DNA of 64,000 nt from Dendrobates tinctorius (Eukaryota), in assembly GCF_039654945.1 (NCBI RefSeq), contig NW_027361725.1:11718001-11782000 (forward strand), written 5' to 3'. Shown here piece after piece: positions 63,338-64,000 of the stretch. A program made the translations under genes and the position numbers. The notes under the pieces are model-generated. The model worked only from the letters and a program-made list of their open reading frames with translations. It was not told the origin of the DNA and did not search any database. How positions within the stretch are numbered: the stretch's first letter is position 1; every line of letters begins with the position of its first letter.

Positions 63338-63684
63338 ATTTAGAATTGAGAGTCCTCAGTGGGTTATTAACTGAAAAGATGGTTAGTTGGTAACAAATTG
63401 CAAGCTGCACTGACTAATACAAAATCTGTAGAATCACATATTTATACACAACACAGCACAGAAAGAAATAATGCAATAGATAAGACAAGTGATGTGAAGC
63501 AGAACTACCATTATGGGAGAGTGATAAACAGTTGTGGCCATAAATATTTGAACAGTTTGTAGATAAGGAGTGTGAAAGTTTTATTGCACTCTGATTGGGG
63601 TCTGGTTCTGTGTGGTGATGCCCTCACAATGTTTGACCAACAGATTCCTTAATTAATGTGAAAAGACATAAATCCATGCAACAC
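63338..63684 (-). mobile_element. Second copy of the same Penelope 3' end, cut by an LTR
   Basis: Collinear with about 60026-60387 (tttagaattgagagtcctcagtgg...aaaagacataaatccat); the hammerhead segment is deleted. Confidence 0.8.
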
Positions 63685-64000
63685 TGTTGTGAATTCTCTC
63701 TCTGGCTTCCCTCTGGTGATTACTGAAGATAGTGGAGCTGGTCAGATTGAGAGTTCTCTTTCTGGGCTCCCTCTGGTGGTTACTGGAGGTAGTGGAGCTG
63801 ATCTGATTGACAGAGGCTTGCCACCTGATAATGAGGAAGACGATTGGAGATCTGGGGTTTCTGATTGGGATTTAAGACAGCTGACTCCCTCTCTCCCTGC
63901 TGGTGATTTTCTTCCTGTGCCTCCTGAGGTCTGATGTCTCCTGCTCTTTCCCTGCATATTCAGCTAAGTGGTTCATTTGCTTTTCTGTTTGCATTTAATC
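63685..64000 (+). mobile_element. LTR family A, runs off the window end
   Basis: Begins TGTTGTGAATTCTCTC; close match to the LTR starting at 1088. Confidence 0.9.

Overview
This window is AT-rich vertebrate DNA, most likely from a frog (inferred from the transposon families present). I found no supportable host protein-coding exon; the window is a dense, nested transposable-element landscape. (1) A 15.9-kb minus-strand Ty3/Gypsy chromovirus (35945-51887, 6-bp TSD GCGGCC) carries an 8.8-kb hAT transposon. The hAT encodes a near-intact BED-finger DDE transposase flanked by two homogeneous tandem arrays (133 bp x ~14 and 124 bp x ~13) and a 3' hairpin. The Gypsy also carries a MITE with telomeric repeats. 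(2) A Gag-only 3.1-kb LTR element (14191-17337) sits inside a hAT MITE. (3) Both LTR families lack a tRNA primer-binding site (PBS) and instead show an exact 11-nt Tf1/sushi-type self-priming complementarity placed just downstream of a TATA-like box. (4) There are three Tc1/mariner elements: one complete IR/DR DD34E copy with an open 340-aa ORF, one DD36E (Incomer-like) copy and one fragment. (5) Other repeats include Penelope fragments with degenerate hammerhead motifs, a non-autonomous Helitron, CR1/L1/L2 fragments, solo LTRs, MITEs, minisatellites and a 2.9-kb purine-strand repeat. Coordinates were counted by eye; TSD-defined ends should be close to exact and other boundaries are approximate.
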